From contig CAZGPH010000005.1 in NCBI GenBank assembly GCA_964527965.1, positions 16,395 through 80,394 of the forward strand: a stretch of 64,000 bases of DNA, read 5' to 3'. Below the pieces are notes generated by a model. That model searched no databases and was not told where the DNA came from. It saw nothing but the letters and a program-made list of their open reading frames with translations. The number at the start of each line of letters is the position of its first letter. The first letter of the stretch is position 1. The translations under genes were made by a program, and so were the position numbers. This DNA is from an uncultured Marinoscillum sp. Lineage in GTDB: Bacteria > Bacteroidota > Bacteroidia > Cytophagales > MED-G16. Positions 40,750 to 53,000 of the stretch are shown piece by piece.

Positions 40750-43074
40750 TTAATCTCTTGTCCTTGCTCCACCAAGTTCTACGATGATAAACTCAGTCCT
40801 CCTATTTAGCTGGTGCTGTGCCTCAGTTAATGTACCACAGCCATTTGGACTCGGGATATTTGGTGAAGTCTCACCAAAACCTTTACCGTATATCCTGTCT
40901 TTATTATTAATTCTTTCTTGAACGTAAGCAGCAGAAGATTTTGCCCTTCTATCTGAAAGGTAGACATTGTAATCATCATTTCCTCTACAGTCAGTATGAG
41001 AACCAAGTTCTATAACCATACCAGGGTAATCATTGAGAACCTGGACAATTTTATCTAATTCTAAAGCAGCGTCGGGCCTTATATTAGCCTTATCAAAGTC
41101 AAAGTATATAGGATTTATCTCAATTATATCTGCAAGGTCAACTCCAACAGCTAGTTTACTCAAAACAACAAAACTTGTGTCTGATTGTACTCCGTCAGAC
41201 GCAAGATAAAAAATGGTATCAGAAGTGTAAGGTATCTCGTCATCAGGAATGTAGTTAACACCACCATCATCTGTAAACTCTATCTCTCCAAATACTGGGT
41301 CACCAATAATTATAGCCTCAAGCTCATCTCCTCCGGGATCTGAGTCATTAGCAAGGAGTGTATCTGATATAATCCTAACAGGGCTACTAGGATCGAAAAT
41401 TATAAGATCCTGCTGTGCAAGTGGCACCGTTGGGTCTATAATCTTAATCTTAACATTAACTGGTTCACTCTGCTGAGGACCGTTAGACACAATATAAGTA
41501 AAAGAATCTAGAACAGCTGTCCTGTCAGTACTTACGTATGAAAACGTACCGTTATCTTTAAAGTCAAGACTACCCATAGTAGGTAGATCATCTAATATAG
41601 TAGATCTAGAAACAAGTCCCTGCAATATATCATATGATGTACCTAGTACCTCTCCGTCATTAACTAATACTCCCATATCTCCAAGTACCAAGGTGTCTCC
41701 TCTGGCCATAGTATAATAGTCATCAATACCGTAAGGAGGTTTAATATCAATTTTAAAAGAGTATATATCGTCTTCACCTTTACCTCCCTGCCTGTTAGAA
41801 GATATGTACCCAAACTTAAATTTAGAGTCTATAAAGAAGCAGAAGTCATCTTTAGATGAGTTAAATGGTGAACCTACATTCTGAACCTCTTGTTCCTGAG
41901 TACCAAGTTTTATCGTCATGAAAATATCAAGACCTCCAAGACCAGGATGAGAATTTGAGGCAAAAAACAGGACATCTTCTCTGAAGCTAAATGGGAAAAC
42001 TTCGTCACCTTCGGTATTAACACCAGGACCAAGGTTTACAGGTTTTGAGAACCTTCCGTTTCTGTCAATATTCACATAGTATATATCAAACCCACCAAGA
42101 CCGTCTGGCATATTAGAGGAGAAATACAGTCTAGTTCCGTCCTTACTAAGAGACGGGTGCATCACCGAGTACTCGTTATTATTAAAAGGTAAATTTCTAA
42201 CTCTCGATAAAGTTCCGTTGTTATAGCTTGCTGAGTATATGTTTAGATGTAGAGCGTCATCCCTTCCTGATTTAGTTCCAGACCTAGTAAAATAAACCAT
42301 CTTACCGTCTTCTGAGACAATTGCAGGACCATCCTGAAATGCAGTGTTCATCTCTGGTCCAGAGATAAGCTTTGCGTCGTATGAGTAGACACTATCCTCT
42401 GTAAATTCAGAATTAAAAAGATTGAAAGTAGGTCTCTCTGGTCTAATATATTTACCCCTACTGATTTTACCGGTATTTTGAATTCCAGATGAAGTAAACA
42501 TCATCTTAATATCTTCTCCATCGTCTCCAGAACGGATAGCATATCCGCCAAAATCTGATAATTCAGTGTTTGTAGCTAAGTTTTTAAGGTCGTAATCACT
42601 TACAGTATTAAGTAGAGCCTGGTAGTAATTATCATCTGTCTCAAATAGCGATACTCTAACTTCTCTCGCCTTCTGTCTTGCGTATTTCTTTCTATTCTTA
42701 TTAGCCTCGTTGTACTGACCTGTGATATCTTGGAGTTGAGAGAGGTTAAGGTAGTCCTCTGGCTCGATATCATCTCCAGCATTTACTATCGTCTCAAACA
42801 TGACAAGAGCCTTGTCCAAGGAGTCAATCTCTCTATAAGAAAGAGCTAGTTTTCTCTGAATTTCTACTCTTGGGTTCACTACTTTCTCGTACCTTTCAAC
42901 GGCCTTACCAAAGCTTTCATTATTATAATGGAAATTACCCCAGTTTATATTTTTAGTGTTATCATCACCCTTACTTAACTCAAATAGAGGGAATCTACTC
43001 TTCTTATCTTCTACCTCTTGAGAGCTAGAAACTAAAGGTAATAAAAGAAGTATCGTAAAAAGTATTCTATTCAT
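40750..43074 (-). CDS. OmpA-family peptidoglycan-binding protein with TPR-like N-terminus, TolB-like PD40 propeller repeats and two cadherin-like repeats
   Basis: Has a signal peptide MNRILFTILLLLPLVSSSQ. PD40-type motifs include HPSLSKDGTRLYFSSNMPDGLGGFDIYYV and LFFASNSHPGLGGLDIFM. Two repeats of about 95 aa (nt ~41155-41736) resemble those of the 939-aa protein. The C-terminal OmpA_C motifs are IYFDFDKANIRPDA...GSHTDCRGNDDYNVYLSDRRA...NRRTEFII. Confidence 0.8.
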   Translation of the reverse strand: MNRILFTILLLLPLVSSSQEVEDKKSRFPLFELSKGDDNTKNINWGNFHYNNESFGKAVERYEKVVNPRVEIQRKLALSYREIDSLDKALVMFETIVNAGDDIEPEDYLNLSQLQDITGQYNEANKNRKKYARQKAREVRVSLFETDDNYYQALLNTVSDYDLKNLATNTELSDFGGYAIRSGDDGEDIKMMFTSSGIQNTGKISRGKYIRPERPTFNLFNSEFTEDSVYSYDAKLISGPEMNTAFQDGPAIVSEDGKMVYFTRSGTKSGRDDALHLNIYSASYNNGTLSRVRNLPFNNNEYSVMHPSLSKDGTRLYFSSNMPDGLGGFDIYYVNIDRNGRFSKPVNLGPGVNTEGDEVFPFSFREDVLFFASNSHPGLGGLDIFMTIKLGTQEQEVQNVGSPFNSSKDDFCFFIDSKFKFGYISSNRQGGKGEDDIYSFKIDIKPPYGIDDYYTMARGDTLVLGDMGVLVNDGEVLGTSYDILQGLVSRSTILDDLPTMGSLDFKDNGTFSYVSTDRTAVLDSFTYIVSNGPQQSEPVNVKIKIIDPTVPLAQQDLIIFDPSSPVRIISDTLLANDSDPGGDELEAIIIGDPVFGEIEFTDDGGVNYIPDDEIPYTSDTIFYLASDGVQSDTSFVVLSKLAVGVDLADIIEINPIYFDFDKANIRPDAALELDKIVQVLNDYPGMVIELGSHTDCRGNDDYNVYLSDRRAKSSAAYVQERINNKDRIYGKGFGETSPNIPSPNGCGTLTEAQHQLNRRTEFIIVELGGARTRD

Positions 43075-43076
43075 AT

Positions 43077-44024
43077 CTAAAAGTATCTAGGTGATTTGAT
43101 AATGTCTTTCTTCTTGAACATAAAATCATACCTTAGCATTATCTCGTGACTTCCTCCGTTGTACTTAAATGTAGTATTTCCTAGTGAGTAGTCGTAAGTA
43201 TAACCTATTGCTATATTATCATTTAAATTAATTCCTGCCATTAGTCCAAGTCCTCCACCAACTTTACTAGTTGGTATAATTCTTCCCATAGCTGTCCTAG
43301 CCATTCCACCTAGCCAGAAAAAGTCTTTGAATACTGCATAGGCACTAATATCCATAGTAATAGGAGCATTCTTAGTCATCTTAAAATATACACTTGGCCT
43401 TAATTTTATATCTCTACTAATCTCAAATAATGCACCTCCAATCGCAAACAAATGTCTCTGTGATTGGTCAAATTCTTTTTCTAATAAATTTGGCACTGAT
43501 AAGCCAGCGTACCACTTCGTAGTATTATAGTACACTCCAGCTCCAACATTTGGAAGAAATTTCTTTCTTACGTCTCTACTAAATGAAGGGTCTATCTGGT
43601 CAGGATCTCCCGCGTCTAAATCTAACATTGAGAAGTCAGAGCTGTACGCGTTACCTCCACCTTTTATTCCAAATGAGAGTTTATGTCCACTCTGGCTTAC
43701 CTTTAAGTGGTAAGCTAAATCTATGGCAAAGTATGTAGATTTTATAGGTCCTATCTTATCATTAAGTACAGATAAACCAAAACCAAGTTCGTCGTTAAAA
43801 AGAGGTGAGTTTAGTGAAAGAGTCTGTGTCCTAGGGGCCCCGTCAAAATTTATCCACTGAGATCTCAGCACAGAAAGTACACTTAATACCTCTCTAGAAC
43901 CGACATAACCTGGATTTATTGCCTGAGTGTTGAACATGTAATGACTAAACATAGCGTCCTGTTGTGCTCTAGCCGAGAAGCTAGCACTTATGACAACTAA
44001 AAACAATATTACTTTTCTCATCAT
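43077..44024 (-). CDS. PorP/SprF-family type IX secretion system outer-membrane protein (copy 1)
   Basis: Has a signal peptide MMRKVILFLVVISASFSARAQ followed by QDAMFSHYMFNTQAINPGYVGSRE, the classic PorP/SprF N-terminal motif. I prefer the start at 44024. The track start at 44066 would overlap the giant gene. It lies 13 nt downstream of the giant gene's stop and 2 nt upstream of the OmpA gene. Confidence 0.8.
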   Translation of the reverse strand: MMRKVILFLVVISASFSARAQQDAMFSHYMFNTQAINPGYVGSREVLSVLSVLRSQWINFDGAPRTQTLSLNSPLFNDELGFGLSVLNDKIGPIKSTYFAIDLAYHLKVSQSGHKLSFGIKGGGNAYSSDFSMLDLDAGDPDQIDPSFSRDVRKKFLPNVGAGVYYNTTKWYAGLSVPNLLEKEFDQSQRHLFAIGGALFEISRDIKLRPSVYFKMTKNAPITMDISAYAVFKDFFWLGGMARTAMGRIIPTSKVGGGLGLMAGINLNDNIAIGYTYDYSLGNTTFKYNGGSHEIMLRYDFMFKKKDIIKSPRYF

Positions 44025-44037
44025 TACTTTCACAAAT

Positions 44038-47000
44038 TTATTCATTTCCTCTTCTAATATAAACAATACCTTTTCTGTACCTATTATCTTCTTCTACTGC
44101 ATTTCCATCAATATCTGTGTCACCTAGGTCGATAACAAAGAAGTATACAGTCTCTGGCAATAATTTACCATTAGTATTACCAAAGTTAGCAATTCCTTCA
44201 AAATATTTCTGAGGGTCATCATTTTTATAACCTTCCATCTCAAATACCTTAAGTTCCCATCTATTATAAATCTGCACGACACTATTAGGATAGTAGTCTA
44301 TTCCCGTAATAACCCAGTTATCATTTGTACCGTCACTATTTGGAGAGAATCCTTCAGGTATATGGAGATCTCTAAACTTGACGTCAAGCACCATAGCTTC
44401 AGATAGTACGAAAGCACATCTGTATCCAGTAGCAGTAACTTTCACCCTGTAAAGCGTGTTGTCGAATTCATCAAATGTAACATCTGTTATAGTCATTGAG
44501 TCTGTGTCTATGCCGCTGAATTGTAGACCATTAGCAAGATCGGTCCATGTAGTGTCCTGCTCGTCATCAGAGACAACACCCATCTGCCACTGGTACTCAG
44601 CTGGCAAGTCACCATCAACCGTCACACCAACAGAGTAAGAAACATTATCTCCCTGGAATACTGTTCCAGCATCCTGAGGTTGAGAAGTGATATTTACTAC
44701 AAGTATCAATGCATCATAGCAATCTAACACACCGTTATTATCAGAATCCACAGGAAGTACATAACCTTCTTCTTCATCAGTTACCACAAGACCATTATCG
44801 TCAATCTCAGGAAGACCAACTCCCAATATACCGTCACCATCAAGGTCAGCAAACCCAGCTTCTACCACGTCATTACATCCGTCATCGTCACTGTCTAAGT
44901 CTAAATAGTTAGGTATTCCATCGTCTAAATCTTCAGTGACATCACTATTAGGTTGACCTGTACCCTCAGAGCCATCAGCCATACCGTCATTATCAGCATC
45001 TACATATCCTACGTCGTCAGAGTCTATCATTCCGTCGTCATTAGTATCTAAGTCAGTAAACTCATTTGTGCCGTCTTCGTCAAAGTCCGCATCAATTCCG
45101 TCTCCACCTTCTACAACATCAAATATTCCGTCGTTATCAGAGTCGAGGTCTTGGTAGTCATTAGCACCGTCACCGTCAGAGTCTATGACAGGAGTGTCCT
45201 CAGTCTGATCTGCCATACCATCGCCATCAGCATCAACAAACGTGAAGTTAACGTCATTATCTAAGGTGTCAATCATTCCGTCTCCGTTCGTATCAAATAC
45301 ACCGTCTCCACCCTCAATAACATCCTGGATACCGTCATTATCAGAGTCAATATCTACAAAGTCAGGATTTCCGTCATTGTCCGTATTTGTTACAGGAGTC
45401 GTCTCAGAGTCGTCATCCATCCCGTCATTATCTGAGTCAGAATATCCTGTATCAGAGTCATTGATTACACCATCATCATTAGTGTCAAGAGAGCTATCTC
45501 CACCTTCTTCCACGTCGTATATACCGTCGTTATCAGAGTCTATATCTAAGTGGTTAGGTAAGCTGTCTCCATCAGAATCCAATACGTCTGTAGGCTCAGA
45601 GTCGTCGTCCATACCGTCTCCGTCAGAGTCAGAGTAATCGCTATCATTTGAGTCAATAGCACCGTCTCCATTAGTGTCAAGGTTACCGTCTCCGGACTCA
45701 GTGACATCATGAATACCGTCATTATCTGAGTCAATATCTATGTAGTCAGGAACACCGTCAGAGTCGCTATCAGTCTCAGGAGTTAATTCCGCTGTGTCGT
45801 TCATTCCGTTACCGTCAAGATCAAAGTAACCGTTGTCTTGAGAACAGATACACCCAATCACACCGTCTCCGTCAACATCAAGGTCACTGTCTCCACCCTC
45901 TACAACATCAAATATACCGTCGTTGTCAGAGTCAATGTCTTGGAAGTCTGGCACAAGGTCATTATCACTATTTGTCACTGGTGTAGACTCTGCGTCATCG
46001 TCCATTCCGTCTCCGTCAGTATCTGTGAATCCAGTATCTCCAGAGTTTATTACACCGTCATCATTGGTGTCTAAGTCACCGTCTCCACCCTCTTCAACGT
46101 CAAATATACCGTCGTTATCAGAGTCAATATCTATATAGTCAGGGATACCATCTCCTAGCTGGTCTCCGTCTGTGTGTACTACTGGAGTTGATTCTGAGTC
46201 ATCGTCCATTCCGTCTCCGTCAGAGTCAACATAACCGTCATCATTAGGATCAATTGCACCGTCTCCATTAGTGTCAAGGTTACCGTCTCCACCCTCAATT
46301 ACGTCATGTATACCGTCGTCGTCAGAGTCGATGTCTAGGTAATTAGGAACTCCATCAGAGTCACTGTCAAGCTCAGAAGTTAACTCTGCTGTGTCGTCCA
46401 TTCCGTCAGCGTCTAGATCAGTATAACCCGTGTCATTTGAGTCAATAACTCCGTCGTTATTAGTATCTAAGTCTCCGTCTCCACCTTCTTCCACATCGAA
46501 TATACCGTCGTTGTCAGAGTCAATATCTTGGTAGTCAGGGATAAGGTCAAAGTCGCTGTTTGTAACTAGAGTAGTTTCTGCTGTGTCGTCCATTCCGTCG
46601 TCATCAGCATCTACAAAACCTGTGTCATTGGTGTCTATTACACCGTCATTGTTAGTGTCTAAGTCACCGTCTCCACCTTCAACTACATCAAATATACCGT
46701 CGTTATCAGAGTCGATATCTAAGTAGTCAGGGATTCCGTCTCCTAGCTGGTCTCCGTCAGTGTGTACTACTGGGGTAGACTCCGCGTCATCGTCCATTCC
46801 GTCTGCGTCGACATCTGAGTAACCTGTGTCATTGGTGTCTATAACTCCGTCGTTATTAGTGTCTAGACCTCCGTCTCCGCCCTCATCAACATCAAATATT
46901 CCGTCGTTATCAGAGTCGATATCAAGGTAATTAGGTTTTCCGTCACCGTCATTGTCAGGTACAGTGGTAGGTTCAGAACTGTCGTCCATTCCGTCACCGT

Positions 47001-50000
47001 CTAGGTCAGTATAACCCGTGTCATTGGTGTCTATAACTCCGTCGTTATTAGTATCTAAGTCTCCGTCTCCACCTTCTTCAACGTCGAATATACCGTCGTT
47101 ATCAGAGTCAATATCTAGGTAGTCAGGGTTTCCGTCACCATCACTATCAGGAGCTGGAATTAACTCACTGTCGTCATCCATTCCGTCACCGTCAACATCT
47201 GAGAACCCGTCGTCATTTGAATCTATAACACCGTCGTTATTAGTGTCTAGATCACCGCTTCCACCCTCTTCAACGTCGAATATACCATCGTTATCAGAAT
47301 CAATATCTAGGTAGTCAGGGTTTCCGTCTCCGTCATAATCAGGCTGAGGTGTGTCCTCACTGTCGTCAGCCATTCCGTCGTTATCTTCGTCAGAGAATCC
47401 GTCGTCATTATCATCAATCATACCGTCACCGTTAGTGTCAAGGTCACCGTCTCCTCCTTCAACAACATCAAATATGCCGTCGTTATCGGAGTCGATATCT
47501 AAGAAGTCTGGTGTGCCGTCTCCGTCAGTATCTGGCTCAGGCGTATCTTCTGAATCATCTGCCATACCGTCCTCGTCTTCATCTGCAAATCCATCATCAT
47601 TCTCGTCTATCATGCCATCACCGTTGGTGTCAAGGGCTCCGTCTCCACCCTCTATCACGTCTGGGATTCCGTCATTATCGGAGTCAAGATCTAAGTAATT
47701 TGGTATTCCGTCACCATCTAAGTCACCATATCCTTCGTCAACATTAGGAATTCCGTCATTGTCAAGGTCGATGTCAGTTATAACTGTTACTAAGGCTGAG
47801 TTAGAGGTTGATGGTATAGCACAAGCGCTAGTAGGTATGTCAACAATAACTCGGTAGTATGTAGAGTCAATGATAGTGTCAGCACCCGAAATAAATAATG
47901 TATCTGTAAAAGATCCTATGTACATAAGAGTATCAAAAATACCCTCACCCCTATCTAAATAGAATGTGGTGTCAGTAACATTAGACCAAGAAGAACCGTC
48001 ATCAGACTTCTGCCACTGGTATGATGCACTATCTTGTACATCTGCTTCTACGAATAGGTACCCTGTAGTCTTATCAGGAATCTGAATACTAATAGGCTGT
48101 GTTGTGATTGATATATCAAAGTTGTCAACTTCTTTAAAGTCTACCACTCCAGAACCGTCTGAGTCATTTGGTTCGGTGTACCCGTCTTCAGGTACGTCAC
48201 TACCAGGAACTGGCACACAAACATTTTCTAACCATACCACCTGGTTATTATATGCTGCACCTGTCGCGGCAGTGAAACCATAGTATACTTCAGCATCATC
48301 ACTAAATATATCTGCTACAATGTCTTTTGTTAGAGTAATAATTTCAGTTCCATCCCATGACACCGTCATAGTCTTTGTCTCTGCGGTCCAGTTAAATACA
48401 AAATCATGGTATAGACCGTCCTCTATGCCTGGACTAAATATGTGAAGGTTAGTATGTGTTCCGTATGGCACTCCATCAAATATTACTGCGGCATGATTAG
48501 ATGCTGTACCAGAGAAACTATTATTATACGTGTCAAACTCGACAGCTACTGATGGTGATATGCCAGCATATCCTAATCCTCCACCTTCACCTCCAAGGTC
48601 TGATGCTAGTGGCTGTATCACAAAAGCAATTCCGTCAGCTCCAGAAGGATTACTTCCTAGGTTTAATTTTCCTTCTACCTTAAAGTCTTCTGTTAGGTTA
48701 ATTTTTTCTTTAGACCATACAGAACCAGACTGAGTAGTTGTAGCTCTTGTAAGTCTATAGACTTCATTATCTCCGTCATCTGTCCACTTCTCAGCGTCTC
48801 CTACTAGGTTGTAGTCTTCGTCGTCAATACTGTTACATGCTAAGGACGCGCAGCCTATTACCTGACCAATATTATTAACAATTACAGGACTTGTACAAAG
48901 AATTCCGTCTCCGTCAGGGTCACTAAACCCAGCTTCAAGTACATCGAAACAACCGTCTCCGTCAGAGTCGAGGTCGTAGTGGTTAGGGATTCCGTCGTTA
49001 TCGTAGTCGTCGTCATTCTCAGAGTCGATAACCTCTAGAGTGTCCACAATACCGTCATTATCGTCGTCAATATCTATATCGTTTGGAATTCCGTCCTCAT
49101 CATAGTCATTAGTCACCCTTATTGGGATTACAGACGTAGTGTCGTTGTCACCACAAGCATAAGCAGGAGTAGAGACTATCATCTTGTACTGGTAGTTATT
49201 CATAGAAACTGGAGCTCCAAGAATAGTTAAGGTGTCTGTGTCAACTCCGCTATAAGGTGCAAATGGAGGTAATAATATCCATGAATTACCAGAGTCTATG
49301 CTCACATACCATTCGTATTCTGCAGAACCAGTTACATCTACAACAGTACCTATTACAATTGTGTCTCCTACTTCAACCTTATCAAGAACAGGCTCAGAGA
49401 TAATAAACGCAGCAGATCCCACCTCTCTGTAGTCTTCAACACCGTTAGCGTCTCCGTCTTTAGGCTTAAAGTAACCTTGAGAAGTCGTACCGTCCGCACT
49501 CTGGATTACTCTTCCAAGCTCATCTACTTTGACAGGGCTGTTACCAAGAATACCGTCAGGGAGTGTGTCATTATCATCAAATCCAGCTTCTATAACGTCA
49601 GCACATCCGTCTCCGTCAGAGTCGAGGTCGAAGTGGTTAGGGATTCCGTCACCGTCTAAGTCAGTAGTATCTTCCTTAGTGTCTAGAATTCCGTCGTTGT
49701 CGTCGTCCACATCGATATCATCTGGAATTCCGTCTGCGTCGTTATCTGGAAGAATTTCAAGGAGCGCAGGTGCTGAAAGTACACCAGGATCACAAGCAAA
49801 TGCAGGATTTCTAACTGTAGTCCTGTACATGTATCCGTTTATATCTTTAGGTGGTTTAGGGATATATAATGTATCATTTTTAATTCCTGAGTATGTAAGG
49901 CTATCAGCAGAGGTGATATCTTTCCAAGTCGTGGCAGAGTCACTACTTACCTGCCAGTCGAATACTACGTTTCCACTTTCATCACCTTCTAGTGTACCAG

Positions 50001-53000
50001 AGACACTTATATCTTTCACTGACTGGCTGTTCCAGTAATTTCCGGTAGAAGCTGTAAATCCAAAGTTTACCTGGCTCATTCCAAAAACTTCTGAGACAAT
50101 ATCTGAGGTTGCAGAGACAATTTCAATTCCTCCTATTGAGACAGCGAGCTTATTAGCATCTGCATCCCAAGAAACTGAGATGTTTTTGTATGTGTTATCT
50201 TCAAGCTCTGAAACATTTTTCGTGGATAATACTGTCCTAGCACCATTTTTAAGAGATACTATCGCGACAAAGTCTTCAGTCTGGCCGTGAGTATCAAACT
50301 CTACAGCAATTGCATTACTGATATTTCCACCTCTATATCCAAGGTTTGCGTAATTAGATCCATATGCTGAGGTACCATTTGGCTGGAGGACAAACGCCAC
50401 TCCCTCACCTCCGTTGCTACCATACGAACCGAAATTAATTTTTGATGAGACAACAAAGTCTCTGTCAATATGTATCTTCTTCTTGTTCCATAGCTGACCA
50501 TCTCTGTAACTGGTACTTGTCAAGTAGAAGTAAGATGTCTGCCAAGAAGCGTTATCTTGAGTGAACCAGTCATAGTAGTTGAAAGGATAATTACTCATTG
50601 CACCACCTACCGCAGTTCCTTTAGCTACGAAGTATACTGCTGTACCTTGGGTTCCAGATACAGTGTCAGGGCTTGAGACAAGAACTGCCACAGTTCCAAA
50701 CTCAAGGAAGTCAAAAGTACCCGAGTTATCGTTATCAGCTGGTAGTGTGTACCCGTCTGAACCAGAAGTTACAAGTCCTAGAGTGTCAACAGTAACAGGG
50801 GAGTTTCCTAATAAACCGTCGTCATCTCCGTCAGTGAAACCAGCCTCTACAGCATCAAGACATCCGTCTCCGTCTGAGTCAAGGTCAAAATGGTTAGGGA
50901 TTCCGTCACCGTCAGTGTCTTCGTCTGTCTCTAGAGAGTCTAAAATACCGTCATTGTCGTCGTCTAAGTCAATTTCGTCAATTATTCCGTCCTTGTCATT
51001 ATCAAGGAAAATAGCAACCCTGATACAGTCTCCTCCTGACTCTGGAGAACAAGCGTAAGCAGGATCAATAACAGCCCTTCTGATCCTCACACCGTCTAGT
51101 GTAGCGGTCGCGTTCTTAAGAGTAAGGTTATCAGAATCAACATCTTCGAATGTAGGTGCACCAGCAAAACCTCCCACTGGGAATGGGTTATCCATCTCAG
51201 TATTGAAGCTAGAACCTAGAGAACATCCCCTACACGTCTTCCAGTCATTCACGTTGAATGTAGAAGAGTAAATTCTTCCGTCTTTCCTGTATGCCCATCC
51301 TAGAGTATAATCCCAAAGCTCTCCCGAGCCGTCTTTACCTGGGGTGCCAAACACGTCCACAATGCTATCGTTTTTGTAAAGAACTATCGCGTCGTCACCG
51401 TCAAAGTTATTATACAGAGACTGCTGTGAAGGATTATCTCCGAACCATGACTTGTAGTAGAGGTCATTTGATGACACCGTGTAGAACTTACCAGAGTCTA
51501 GAGATACTGCGCTGAGAGAGTACTCTTCTCCGTCTGAGGCAGCACCGTCTCTCGCTATCTCTATACCGTAAATACTAAGGTCAGCAATGTCTTCGAGTGC
51601 ATAGAATTCGATAACAGAAGGCTCTATCCCTCCAATATCTCCCCTGAATATACCTGTCATCATAAGTCCCGGAGACTTCTCGATGATTGTACATTCTGAG
51701 CAGTCGTCGTTACACATCTGCCATACCACGTCACCAGTTCCATCGTAAGTTACTGATGTTGTGAATGTTGTGTCAGAACCCTCTTTTACAATGACTATGT
51801 CGTCGTCTTCGTAGCTGTCAGAGAATTCAGGGACATCTCCAGCCTGCTTGAAGTCGTACATTCCGTTGTCGTCAAGGTCGTTAGGTTCCTTGTATCCTTT
51901 ATATATAGACTCTCCAGAAGAGGCATCTATCTCGCAGATGCTCTTGATATACACTCTCTGCTCTTGAGCATAATTATAGTTATCTGAGGTGAATCCGAAG
52001 TACGCCAGATTAGATCCGCTGAGCACGTCTTTTACTATATCAACCTGGTATGTCATGAGAACTTTACCATCGAACTCGACAGTTACAGTCTTAGTAGATG
52101 CATTCCATGAGAACACAAACTCCCTCCACTGTCCGTCTTCAATATTTTCCAATGTCTCGGTGATGATTGGACGCTGTGAATGGTAATTATATCCATAACC
52201 ACTAGTTGTAGTTACTCCAAGAGTAGATGTTCCAGCAATATTATTACCATTTATATGTAAAGAGGAGTGGTCAGCTTCTGGGTCATAACTACCATCGTCT
52301 CTCGTATCAAACTCGACAGATAATGCGTTATTAAACTGCATTGCCATCTGTCCCCAATAATATAAAGAGTATTGGTTATTATTTTGTGTGATATTGAATG
52401 CTATACCTGAACCACCATTACCATCTTTATCTCCTAGGTAGAGGTCGGCCTTTATGACAAAGTCTCCTCTTAGGTCTACCCTGCCGTTATTTGGAGATCC
52501 CTGCCTGAACACAGAACCATAATTGTACGTACTGGCATTAGTTAGTCTGTAGTAACCTGGTGTTTTTTCAGAGTCAGCTACATATCCTGCGTTTTGTCCT
52601 GTTTTCCAAGACATGTTTGTGTAAGGGTCATCATCACAGCTTGAGTCGTCTAAACACACAACCTTACCTAAATCATCTACGACAACTGGGCTAGTACATA
52701 GTAACCCGTCTCCGTCTAGGTCTTCGAATCCAGCCTCTTCCACGTCGAGACACCCGTCATTGTCTGAGTCTAGATCAAACCAGTCTGGAATTCCGTCACC
52801 GTCTGTGTCTATACCTGTCTCTACAGAGTCTAATATCCCGTCATTATCGTCATCTAAATCGATTATATCTATTATTCCGTCTTGGTCGTTGTCTCCAGCT
52901 AATATAGCTGAAACAACCGCTGAAGGTGTGTCTGGACCACACTTGAATGAAGGAGTGCTCGCAACCAGCCTGTACTGATAATCACCCATTGCAAACGTCA

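Noticed and set aside
44930-47775. The periodic ~195-bp DNA repeat, considered as a possible CRISPR array, satellite or non-coding repeat.
   Set aside because: The repeats are contiguous with no unique spacers. They stay in frame within a 20-kb ORF and encode a coherent acidic peptide unit. No cas genes or leader are present in the window.
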